A stretch of 64,000 bases of DNA from Tubulanus polymorphus. Taxonomy: Eukaryota; Animalia; Nemertea. A model generated the notes under the pieces. It was not told the origin of the DNA and searched no databases. It was given only the letters and a program-made list of their open reading frames with translations. The stretch is taken from contig NC_134025.1 in the NCBI RefSeq assembly GCF_964204645.1, forward strand, positions 10,416,001 to 10,480,000. The letters are read 5' to 3'. The position numbers were made by a program, and so were the translations under genes. Positions 33,183 through 45,806 of this stretch are shown piece after piece; the first letter of the stretch is position 1; every line of letters starts with the position of its first letter.

Positions 33183-34803
33183 TGTTGCACGGCCCTTAAT
33201 GGCGTCATCTTGCCACCAAACAAATGATTGTCATGGCTTAGGTATAACTGCAACCAACAAATGGAGATTGTATTTTATGAATAGCGTTTTGAGATTATCC
33301 CTTTCAAAAACAATGGGCCGGTTTACAAAAATCAATCAGCGTGAAGCACTACAGTACATGTGACTCAAACGCCACCGTTTTTACTGTGATTCCATCAAAA
33401 CTGGCCGTCTAATTGGATTCTTTGCACATTTGTGTATACAACACGAAAACACTCGTTTTACAGGCATCGCAATTTACCGACGAATCGCGAGATTGGCCAT
33501 CAGGTAATTTCATTGACATCTGAATTACACCTGAAGTCGCTTTCAGCAGCGAGGGCATCATAGCAAGTGCAACTAGCGTGTTTATTTATAACCGAATCGT
33601 AGTAAATGATTAAAGTGTTTAGCGCGGTAAGGTGAGATGAATTCGCCGTTGATTGACAAGCGTTATTCCGTCGAACTGCCACTCGCCTGCTGCGTGTACA
33701 ACTTGAAAACTTTTCTAGAATTTTACCATTTTATTACTGTTTTTCTCCTATAGGAGCACACACCACACATGTTCGACAGGTTTTCTCCAGTCGGCGCAGA
33801 CGCCATGGAGGAAAAAAAATGAAACCACTGTTTCATCGAGCGCTATACGGCAATACGATGGTTCGGAATTATACGGTGCTGCCACCTTTGATTCGACAGA
33901 CTTTCCAAAATGTTTATCTATAGACCCGAACCCGCAGCGGGCAGTCCTATCGTGTTCTTTACTTAATCCCCGTACGAAAATTATCTTCCCATTCATTGAA
34001 ATGCAAATTTCCTCACTTCATTCCAACGCCACGAAAATACTGTATAAAAGAAAAATACAGAATGAGTTTATCGCATCGAAATTAACTTTCCGAAATTTGC
34101 AATTTTGCAATAGGTTAGGCATGGCACTTATCGGTCATTACCCAACCTATTTTGGTAGATAACCAAACAACTAAATGATTAACCTCAATCGAATAAACTA
34201 GAAAATTCCTTTTTTTGTGACTGAAATTACTAGGAGGAACGGATATGTGGACACAAGGATAGCGAGATAAGAAACAACATGCGAATAACCTGTCCAGGGT
34301 TTGTCGTGCGCTTACCACTCGGCGTATTAAGCCTGTATAAAGTGGTAAGAAGCGCGTAATAAGATTACCGAGAGAGGCGGGAAAAGCAAGTTATTGGTCG
34401 TTATCGCTACCGAATGGGAGTAGTACTGGCAATAACGAATGGCGGTGGGCGTGCCATCAAATGACTGAACATCGAGAAAATGCTGCTCATATAATTGAGG
34501 TGATTATCTGCGGTGCATTTAGACGTTTTAAATGATCTTATCATTTGCAAATGTCAATGTAAGAAATGCAATTCGACAGGTTGCCGAGGTATTAAAGGTC
34601 ATTTTCACAACAGTAAGCAATCACACGCTCCTCGGCTAGAAGACTAATGATACGTGTGTGCGTGTGCTATATATCGTATATAAACATATTAACGCTTACC
34701 TAAAGACAGAGGACGCGCATTGTTTTATACTCGGGGCCTACTAAAAGACAATATCCGCGTGGCCAAAATTTGTTCTAGTATATTTCAATTATATATAGTG
34801 ACG

Positions 34804-37800
34804 ATGAACCTGATGCGCCCGGGAAGCCACCAACTTCATGACGTTGGGAACATTACGAATCTAGACTGTGGAAACGGCAGCACTGTTGGAAAATTCACTA
34901 CCAACGCGGTACAACGATCTCCGTTCGCTATCCAAGATATTCTAGGCCTCAGTCGACCTCAGGATAGAGCCTGCTCGTTTCAAAATGAAGCTATGTCCGG
35001 TTATTCTACCGCCAACCACATGTTTCAGGACCCTACGACGGCGTATATGGCCGCTGGAAGAATGTTACTGGGGCCTAGGAACGCTTCGTCTCATTGTTTA
35101 CCGTCCGAGCCCGGGCGATCGCAGGCGGCTTGGAACCCGAACGCCGCTTACCACTCGTACGGGACCGATTCCACGAACTACAACCTGTTTCGTTTCGGAA
35201 ATAACCAAGCCGAGCACCACATGCACCAGTCGTTAGCGACAATGCAGAACCTAGGTAGGTTTTCACTTTTGCTGCTTATCTCTTTTTCAAGTCACCCGCC
35301 TGAATATCAATTTCTATCGATTTTTCTGTCATTCATACACCCGTTCCATTCACTAGGCGGGTTTTATGAGTGCCACTGACGAGACGCCGAGCCGTCGAGA
35401 GATTAGTCGGGGCATTCCGGAATGGCGTTTTTTGTTTACGCACGCAATTCCGAATTATACTAATATCGAAACTCGAAACCGCACAAATTCTGGCGGTTTT
35501 GGACCAGCACTAGCTGGCTCCACAGTAAAATACCACACAAGTCAGTACTAATAAATGCAAAAATGTCGTTATCAATGAAATGAGACATGAAACTGTGAAC
35601 ACGACTCCAAGTCAGCGCCATAACACAAACCGTCTAACAAAGCATGTTAAAACAATGTTTGAGATATGTAACTGATAGTAAATGCCTTTTGACAGGATAA
35701 ACGCCCTCCAGTCTGGCCAATTTACGAAACAATATTTACATTTTACTAAAAATGACAAGTAACCCTGCATTAATAAGACAATTTTTCGAATACCGCTCAA
35801 GGCGGCACAGTCATTCACATGGGTCGATATCGAACATGTATGGATTCTTTTTGAGAAGAAAAGAACAGAACAAAAAAACGACATCGTCTGCACCCTTCAA
35901 CCCCTCGAAAAATACGGCGTTTAGGATGAACTGAAGAATATGCACCTGAAAGATACTTGCTTAAAATCCAATGTGTACGCCGACTTGACATGTATAAGAT
36001 GTCCCCCGCTGACAGATCGACGGCCTGTCAGTTACTGGATAGCGATACACCGAATTTTATCCCAATTTTTCTACAAGAATTCAAATCCCTGCCTTAGTAA
36101 ACCAGCGGGTGTGTCTGCTTGTGTGGTACCACTACTGTGCTGGTGGCCATTTTACGAGCCTTCGAGAGAACGGCACCCACATCCAAATGGATTACTTGAC
36201 CTATCGAAGTTAGAAATTTGACAATTTCTATTTAGACTTTTCTTAAATTGTAGATTACTTTCGTTCAGAATATCTTACGGTGTCGATTCAAATTCAGCCG
36301 CAAATTCGATTTCATTTATATGATTTTCTTTTTGAAAATACTGTGCATAAAATTGAAACCCCTGTTCTATTCAAAATGTTATCCTACGCAGCGATATTAA
36401 CTTTTAAAGTAGAAAATGCCTCAAATTGTCAGTGATGAATGTGATGGATGAAAGCGTCATTAACTGTCATAGCCGTGGCTGCGTGGTGACGGCAGATGTT
36501 AGTTCAGAAATTTATGCGCAGATGGCACCACCTACTTTCTCAAAAGTGCGCACAACTAACTATTTGGCAAATAAAAATCAATCTATTCTAGATTGTTTCG
36601 AGTTTTTTTGACGCCGTAAAACCCGCCGTAACAATAATGTTGATGTGCACTACGTCATCGATATTGGCGTTTCGAAATAACAATTTAAATTGTGAATTTT
36701 GGCGTTTATTTTGTAATTAGATGTATTTCATAACCTTTATTCTATTTTTGATAGATTTTGTTATAATAATTTTTCAAATAAATAATTACTTTTGAGGGGA
36801 TATGCACTACGTCATCAAAATAACTTTATTGATCCTTAATATCATATAACTTACGTTATATTATTTATTGTAGACAATATTGAGCGATATGTCTTATTTT
36901 TCAAGGTGTTAATTCAATTTCAAGTCAGTATTTTGTCACGCATTTGAGATTAGAGATTTTTCCAAAAGAGGATGACATCATAAGTATTGATCCACATTCA
37001 ATTGTGCCAGTCCTAAGATATATTCTTCCAATCAGTTATATGGATTTTTTAAATTGCCGTGATTTAAATCGTTCAGTGCCGTACATGGTTGGCTGTATAT
37101 ATTTCAGTGTTTTAGTTTTCTGCCTTAATATGCACTGACTACCAAGTTGAGGTCGTACAACGCGGTTTGCACTCGGTTTGCGTGTTTCATCTCATCTGCT
37201 CAATAATCTTAAGATAGTGTTAACGGCCGTTTCATGAATTTAATAAACATTTTATTATCATCTATCTAACAATTATATACTAGAAGCAATGTGTTTTTCG
37301 CGTAATTTCAAATGGGTTAATTAATTTTATATTGAACGATAAATCTACCGCCTCACTCACGGAGAGTTAGTGAGCCTTTCACCCAGATTACACTTTTTTA
37401 CATCATTTCATAAAAGATCCCATTATTGCCGCCAATTCATCATCTCGAGGGCGCATGGATGTCGAGTATTGATTTCCTGTATGGTATTCGTCTGTCGCGC
37501 GTGCGGCCCGCCGTGTGAGTGTGCCGATGAAGAGTCCTACAAGCAGCCGACATTTGCATTTTCTTTCACGCATGAACCACTCAACTTGCCTTTTCTAAAC
37601 AGTTTTCTTATTAAAGACCATTTATTCCGAGAGAAAATTCATTACCCTAATATTTCCTTCCATAATTTGCAATTATCAGTTGGAATGGCTTTAGAAGCTC
37701 TCGACCGACTCGACTTGATTGCCTAATCTTCAAACCACACGCTCAAGTACAATTTCAACATGCCAGTAACGGCACTTGTTCCTACTTGATCGGACGGACT

Positions 37801-40800
37801 ACAGCCGTCCTCAAAAACACGATGATCAGTAATGTATTCTAATATTTCCTGGCTAATATGTCATCATCAGTTAATGAAATAAGTAACACGCGACATCTTC
37901 TCGTTCTGTAATAGATTGTCGACCAGATTTTGCATTTACTGATGGCGGTACGTATGGATACTTTCCCCAAAATATATAACTCACTACAGAACTGTAACTT
38001 TTGTGATTTTTTCAAGGTGAAGATAAACAGATAAACAAAACTTATAAATGACCGTTATTTCAATCTGAAGATAGTTTTGGTGTGTCGTTTGTCAGAGAAC
38101 TGCTTGAAAAAAATCCTAAAAAGCTTGCATTATTGTGAAAAAAATGTAAAACTTCGATAAACACGATACAAATCTATAAACCAGTTATAAACTACATAAA
38201 GCATGAGAATGGCACTTGTTTTTTTGTGATGATGTTCATGTTCAAATACGTTGAGGACGACAACAAGTGGAACTGGGTCCTATCCGTATCGGGATGTGTA
38301 AAAACAGTTTCGATGCACCAGGCACTCTAGTTGATCGTTTTATAATAAAATCCACTATACCCTTCCGAGCCACTATCGATAGTATACATGGGCGCCATCA
38401 AGCACCCATCATTACAGTAGAGTCCGGCGGCATTGTCGTCTGGCAAAAGCGATGAAAAACATTTCTCACTTTTGTCAAACAGAAACTAAAAACGAGGAAA
38501 CATTTAGCTAATGTTCTGCGACTATCAATTACGGGGATCATCTAAACAAAAACGCAATCAAGGTATGTCAACAAATTGCGCTGCAGATTTAACAATCCAT
38601 TTGAGGCAAATTGCCATATGCTGTAAATTATATTGGCTCTGGGTGAAACACCGCGTTGTCGAAGCGAGCTCTGAAATCCCAGAGGCACGATAGTTGCCTG
38701 TTTATCTTTCCCAGGTAATTATTGAAAGCTGCGTCGAACTGTATCGTTGATCGAGGCGATCGAGAATGATCAACAAATATCATTAATTTTCATCGGAAAT
38801 TACCTATTTATTTCTGTGTTTGCAAACACACCGTATCCAAACTAGTGTTTGTCTAACCATTCGCCTGCACCATCGCAGTCAGTCGATCGTATATTCCGGC
38901 GAACCTTAGGCATTATTTCATATACGCTACGAAGCTATCATAAGTCCGCATGCTGGTTACAATACCGAGAACAAAAAAAACATCATCTTTCCATAATTCC
39001 GTCGGCGAAAACTGATGAAAATGCGTTTCCATTATCATTATTATCGAACCTTAATTACGAAGACTGTGTCCATATTTATGTTGTTCATGCGTTTCAAAAA
39101 TAAGATCCGCCAAGTGCTGCTTTTACAGTTTGTTCCTTACATTTCCTAGTTCTGAACGTATAAAGCATTAATCCATTAATCGATAGCATGTGACGATATT
39201 GGATTTGATAACTTCTTTTATGAACGACCCGGCCTTTATACTCACTTTTCACTTCAATTTTCCCCACTTTTTACCACTTCCAATAGCACAATATTGCATT
39301 TCATTGATGATATACATATTCATAAACATAATTTTCACTTCTGTTTAGAAAAGCATTCGTAAAGATTCTCCATCACCCATGAAAAGAGTCCAATATATAA
39401 GGTTTAGAAGATGAGTTGTATCAAAAGTACACTCTATGTGAATTTTCGGTTGTATGGATATATAGATGTGAAAGGAAAACGATATTTTGTATTCGTTTCA
39501 GGCCAAGATGAAGACAAGACTGAACTGAATTCCTACTCAACGCCATCTGCCGAACGAAAAAAGAAAAAACGCAGGCGTCATAGGTCGGTATGCAAACTTA
39601 TATCTTTCATGCTATGCTTAAACCAATTCCAGATGCAAGAATTCTATAGAATAAAAGCGAACGATGGAGAAAGATAAAAGAAAGCATTAAAAACCGAATA
39701 GAATTAAAATTAATTTTAGTGCAACAGATGCAAGAAGTATTTCTGTAGGGATGGATCTGTGACAAATTTGTCCGATCATCCTGGTTGTTTCTGTAAACGT
39801 GTATTAACTATTTGTTTGTGAAAACACATTTACTTGCTTTCGGAGCGAACAAAAGGAAAGGAGTCTTTTGCCCCACACAGTTCGCCCAGAGCACCGCGAT
39901 GAGAATTTCTCAACGAAATTCATCAAACGAATATTAGATTATATGGCGGCCAATTGCTATCAATCTTACAGTTAAATACAGCAGTGGCTGATGTGACGTG
40001 AACGGGGGACAGACGAACAAAGCTTCGCGCGAACGGAGCGTGTACAAGACGTCGGAATCTGTCCGTCCGTCGCATTCTTAAAACACCTAATGGATGACAT
40101 AGATGTGTCAATAAGAGAGTCGAAATCAAAACAAATGGGTAAACTAAGAGTCCAATCTGCCGGGCAAGAATGGACGGAAATCATATTACGCAGCCACCCC
40201 AAACGTAAATCCTATATGTAACGAATATCTCGAAAAGAAAAATGGAAATTTTTACGTTCCCGTCTTTTATATTTCTAGGACGATATTTACAAGTTATCAA
40301 CTGGAGGAACTAGAAAAGGCGTTCAAAGATGCCCATTATCCCGATGTCTATGCGAGGGAAATTCTATCTTTGAAAACGAATTTACCCGAAGATCGTATTC
40401 AGGTAATATATTATCAAGCGATTTCTACTGAACAGTTACCATTATTAATGGTAATATGTGATTTTCCATCAAATTTCATGCGCCTTGTTTGTTGTATCAT
40501 CGGACAAAGCAGAACCTATTATATACAAAGAAACAGTCGTAAAAAATTTTCAATCATAATTTGATAAACAGAATTCAGAGGCAATCTGAACGGTTTTAGG
40601 CATAGCAGATAAATCACCATTTCGAGTATAAATCATCGAATTACGTAAACGAATGCGGATCCGATTTTGCGAGCAATATCGCTGATTTAGGGCACTGCTC
40701 GATCTTAAGATTCGCATAATGAACGGATTCATGCGATCGGGCGAAGAACGTGTCCTCCAATCTCGGGTGCAAGCGCGTTCTCCGACAACAAATTGCGATA

Positions 40801-42867
40801 ACTTGCACGAGAATTAAATTATTACTGCTCTAATCTTCTCTAAAGCTTAACTCCCTGGCGAGTACACCGTACTAACAACTTATTTTTCAATTACTGCGTT
40901 TGTTCGTTCCAATGTCATCTCCCAGATCATGGTAATTTTTCAATTATCACTAATCACGTCACACGGACCGCGCAACTGCGAGACGCGCGAAACATCGCTC
41001 GATCGGTCGGGGACCGAATTCCCGTCATCTGACGGTATTAAAAACTAATCATGTCTTAAGATTGCTCTATAGTGAGTAATTGTTCGCGGAATTAATATAC
41101 CGGTGATAGATGTTTTTTAATTATTCATCGAACAATCATAAGAAGCCATCGCAGGCAAACAAGCGAAGACAAAATAGATGTTTGCTTTGCGACGCGAACG
41201 CCATTGATTTCTTGGTCGCATTTCTTGAAATAATCAGATATCGCGAGCGAGCTATCTAAACCAGCAGACTGAATTCTACTTAAAAGTAGCAAACTGAGTT
41301 ATAATCCTAAAACACATTCTTTTCCTGCGATTTTAAACAAATATTTTGAAAAAACTGCCAAATTTCAAGATACGTAATCAGGAATTTCGTTACTTTATTT
41401 TCTAAATTTCTTCGGCACTGAACGGACAACTTGCCAACGACGCTTCGGCAAGTTCTGACAACTAATGAGTTTATTAAATCAATTTGCCGAGATTAAGGGA
41501 GATTTTTAATTTGTATAAAAGCAATTCAGGCAAACTTGCCATCGTGTAATTGCTAATACCGACCCGTGCGAACGCGTTTGGCGGCGTAGCAAGAGGAAAA
41601 CGATGGCTGAGTTGAAAGTGGTTTTCATCGCTTTGTGTCACTCATTACGGAATTTACGCAGACCTAGCCTAATACCGAATGACAGGCTAAGTGCCTTTCG
41701 TTTTCAATTAATGGTGTAGAAGTATTCCCAATCAGATTCTCATCGAAATAAAAGTAGCCATCGGCAAATCGAGCAGCAACGATGACGTCACCACCGTATC
41801 GAATTTATCTCACGAATAAAAACAGCGAATAATTTCAGCGAAAGGCACTCTCCAAATCCATCGAGCCGATGAGAGAAAAAAAAACGGTATGAATTTCATA
41901 CCATTAAGTTTTTCGTAATTCATTTTGCTGATCAAATATATTTCTATCGCGCAGGTCTGGTTCCAAAATCGAAGAGCTAAATGGCGGAAGACCGAAAAGC
42001 GTTGGGGAAAATGTAGCATAATGGCCGAGTACGGTTTGTACGGTGCGATGGTCCGTCACTCGTTGCCCCTACCGGAAACTATTGTCAACTCGGCCAAAGA
42101 CGTCGGCGATCTCAAAGATTCGGCAGCTCCTTGGTTGCTAAGTAAGTTCAGTTTCATTCGATAAAAGTGGTCGCAGAAGTTGTGCAAGGTCTTTCATGCA
42201 CCACCTAAAACGCCAAGCCCTGAAATTACGCGGGAGAATGAAAATATTAAGCTGATGCCTAAAAATGTTTGTCCACTGTATTTCCAAAAGGGATTAATGT
42301 TTTCCCATGAACTTTCTTTGGGCGCCCTTTTAGTTATATGATATGCCCTATTTTGGGGGCGCACCCCTCACTGAGTCAGACCCTAGATCCGCCCCTGCAA
42401 TGGTTCTTTGATGTTTTTGATTCGATTCCCTATTAAGAAAAGTGTTTTTTTTTAAGCCAAAATAGAACCGATCCACTATTGACACAAGCGTGTGAAATGT
42501 GTGGAAACAGTCCTAAACCATCATTATCCATTTTTAAGCAGGCATGCACAAGAAATCGATCGAGGCGGCTGACCATTTGAAAGAGGCTAACGGCGCAGAC
42601 GCATTTTCGGATGATACTGACAATCCATCGCATAACAACAATAACAACGACAACAAAAACCACAACGATCACAAAAGCAAAGACGTGCGATCAAGCGATC
42701 GACGGACTGAGAGTATAGCTGCTCTAAGAGCCAAAGCCCAGGAACATAACGCTAAACTGCTCAATCGATTCGACTCGTCAGACATGATCGTCGATACGTC
42801 ACACGATCTGCTCATCGGGGGGCTCGGGGTAAATTCCGAGTACGGTGGCATGGCTCCGAATAGGTGA
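34804..42867 (+). CDS. Vsx: Visual system homeobox protein (Vsx family), paralogue B
   Basis: Exons: 34804-35254 (eh1 [11 protein letters not shown]), 39502-39583 ([10 protein letters not shown]), 40279-40402 ([23 protein letters not shown]), 41955-42141 ([12 protein letters not shown] plus CVC), 42542-42867 (MHKKS; [17 protein letters not shown]; TGA). Intron phases match paralogue A. Confidence 0.95.
36609..36935 (+). repeat. Dispersed repeat family, copy 3 (Vsx-B intron 1)
   Basis: GACGCCGTAAAA...GTGCACTACGTCATCGATATTGGCGTTTCGAAATAACAATTT...TTTTCAAGGT, colinear with 16258-16680. Confidence 0.75.
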
Positions 42868-43180
42868 TTCCGCAAAAACGCTAGGCCTGATAATGAACAT
42901 GACTTTGATGAGCTCTGAGAACTGGAAGAACTCCCTCGTTCTGTGTTTCGTAATGTGTGTGTATCGTCGGATAAATATTGATAAAGATTTTTTTGTGTAC
43001 ATTTGTATGTGTACTTACTTCGCGAATAAATGGAAATCAGAGTGTCGTCGTTATAAAAGTGAATCGAATTTACCTATAGAGATGATGCATGGGCGTCACA
43101 CGTATTGGACGTCACCGCGTCATATTGGACGTGCCAAGTAGCAGTGAACTGTGACCTTTTACTTCGGTCAACTACCAGCG

Positions 43181-43432
43181 TTTGACATCCAAGGCGAACT
43201 TCGGTTATCAGAGTTAGTCGACTATGGCCGAACTAAGTGAAACCATGGATAGTCCATGGTGAAACCGAATGTCAGTTAGTCGGACTATAGTCCGAAAAAT
43301 GTCGATCACGGGATTGAGGACGGTTGCTGTATAGTTCGGACCAGTTTCGAGATGACCGACATAGTGAAATGCGTTACGTCGGTTATTAGTTCCGGCCACT
43401 AGTCGACTAGCTACGAAAACCGGAGTTCGTCC
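43181..43432. mobile_element. MITE-like repeat downstream of Vsx-B
   Basis: Has its own imperfect TIRs GGCGAACTTCGGTT / AACCGGAGTTCGTCC; inverted homologue at 32964-33182. Confidence 0.75.
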
Positions 43433-45764
43433 AATATGACGCGCTGGGATTTCAGACGCATTACCTCCGTACCCGGACTCTTTGTAAGGAGCAGCTTTGA
43501 AAACTCATTTCGTTAGACTTTTATGTATGGATGAAATCTATCTCAGAATGTTCAGATCTCAAGGATAGAGCTGGGTTCACACCGTGTAACCTATGAAGAA
43601 AACTCACGAACGAGTGAGAGTTGAACGATGTAAATGAGAAAAAATTGTCCGCGTTTCGGATTAATCAGAGGAAGTCCCCAACAAAAGTGACCTTGACCTT
43701 TTCACTAAAATAGTTATTGCAATAACCAATTGCTTATAACCAATATATACTTATTCGAAGTTTTGTACTAAATATTGTAAGTTGGCCAAGTGCATATTTT
43801 TCTAGTTACGTACTTCAAAGTGTAGTTTTCTTCGGAGTTCCGACTGTGGACCCAGTTTCAGATTCGAAGGCACGGCCAACCAACATTCGGGAAACCCATA
43901 GCGATTCGAACATACGTATACGTGAATTTCATGTGTGTGGGGCAATTATTAGGCTCTTAATGTTTCATAGAGCACGTTTACTTCGCAGCGAGCACTTCTG
44001 TATTCTATCGACTCGCTCGCAGCACGAGCTCCGTCCGGGAATATATCCTCGCGGATCAAATCTAAGTAAATAAGAAATGGTAACCATATTGTATCCAGTA
44101 CAATCGATTCGATTTCCTTCGCGTTTTATCGACAAGCGCAAAAATCCCAACGCGAGGTATTATTACTATCGCGAAGCCTCTCGCTACCCGGCGTTCCTTG
44201 AGTAAATAAACTTGAATCCTTGCTGTTTTATCCATTCGTTAGAATCAGTTGAATTTTCTGATAGTTCTGCGATGAATTCCTGTTTCTGGACCTAGTTCAA
44301 AAGTAATGAGATAAATATGACTTGATCGATAGTATATTAATGATATCAAGTAATCGTCTCTAAAATGTACGTTCATGCCACAAATGGGAGAAATATCCTG
44401 GATAAATCAAATTCAGAAAACCCGCACATATCACAGGAATTATTGAAAAAAATCGGGAATCTAAGATGAAATACACAAAAATAAAGTATCACAACTACAC
44501 GAACGCCATTTGATATCGCCATAGAAATCTATTGGAATTATGGATAAATGATATTTCATCTATGGTGAAATACAATGAAATACATTCGTAACAATTGACT
44601 GAAATTCGCAATGCGACACGAATTTTGAAAGCATCGTGAAGCTACATGACCTCTGCAAGAAATAATGCATATTACAGCTCTGCGTGAGATATCACCATTA
44701 GAATCGGCCAAAGTTCATAGGATCTGAACATCTTAAGCTTGTTATGTAGCTTGATATGAACGCAAGGTCGACGAACTGTCGTACGAAGCTTCCAATTAGC
44801 AGCCACTAATAAGCCAGGTGAGTAAATTAGGATGAGAAAATCGAAAGGCTAATAAGCTATACATAATAATGTCCGGCTGTATTGATTATAGATACCTCTT
44901 TCTCGACTTTCGCCACGTTGTGTGTATAGGCTCTTGTTTCGTCCTAGTACCAGTTTAGAAAACAGTTATACCACCAAAACAATTATACCACCATTTCAAA
45001 TTCTTCGCAAGGTTCCAAGGATGTGAATTTCGAAGCTGGTGCCGTTAATGTACCAGGAAGAAGGAATTACAGATCGGGTAATATGATTAATTATTTTAAG
45101 CGTTGTACGCTTTCCCCCCGGTGGGGATTCGGCTGCACGTCAATACAGCCAAATTAATCAAGAGATCTGAAAAATTACCAAAGATGCGTGGCCGCCGACC
45201 AATCTGTACAAGCAAATTAGTGATCCGCAAACATCACCGCGTGAGGCAGATTTCAGCACTCTTTTGACAATATGATACAAATAAGCTATTTTATTGGGGC
45301 TGACAAGTTTCCTGCTATTAAATCAATTAGGTATTAAGCGTTCTGTGTTCTTCCGATCAGACGATATTAAACTTCAACATGATTGGCGCTAGCGGCGGTC
45401 TCGGGTAGCGAGAAACGCGCGATCGGGTGCATGTGGCCGTCGCCTACAGGGATTCGGCTGATGACAACGTCACGCACACACACAGAGAATCAGCAATAAT
45501 GTGGTGAATGGTTAAACGGCGGATTTAATTTGTTAATTTGTCGACGAACGACTGCGAAACACTAAGTAACAATTCGGTAAATTATTCATCTAGGGAAATC
45601 TGATGAACAAATTGCAATCATTTAATTAACCCCGGTGTTTTTAGCTTTTCACCAAATATGATTTGTCCAGAATTTAAATACCTTTTATTTAAACAACATA
45701 GACAAGGTTAATGTATTGCATTGCACGACTTCATGCGAAAATTATTTCATCGAATTATGCCGGC

Positions 45765-45806
45765 AGTCTGAATACCAGACGATGTGCAACGGCTAAATAC
45801 TAGACT
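45765..45806. mobile_element. Tiny hairpin element (AGTCTGAATACCAGACG family)
   Basis: AGTCTGAATACCAGACG..CAACGGCTAAATACTAGACT; same ends as 61992-62051. Confidence 0.6.

Noticed and set aside
44179-45413. 12-bp inverted repeat TCTCGCTACCCG / CGGGTAGCGAGA about 1.2 kb apart
   Set aside because: Too short, with no clear extension or TSD; compatible with chance.
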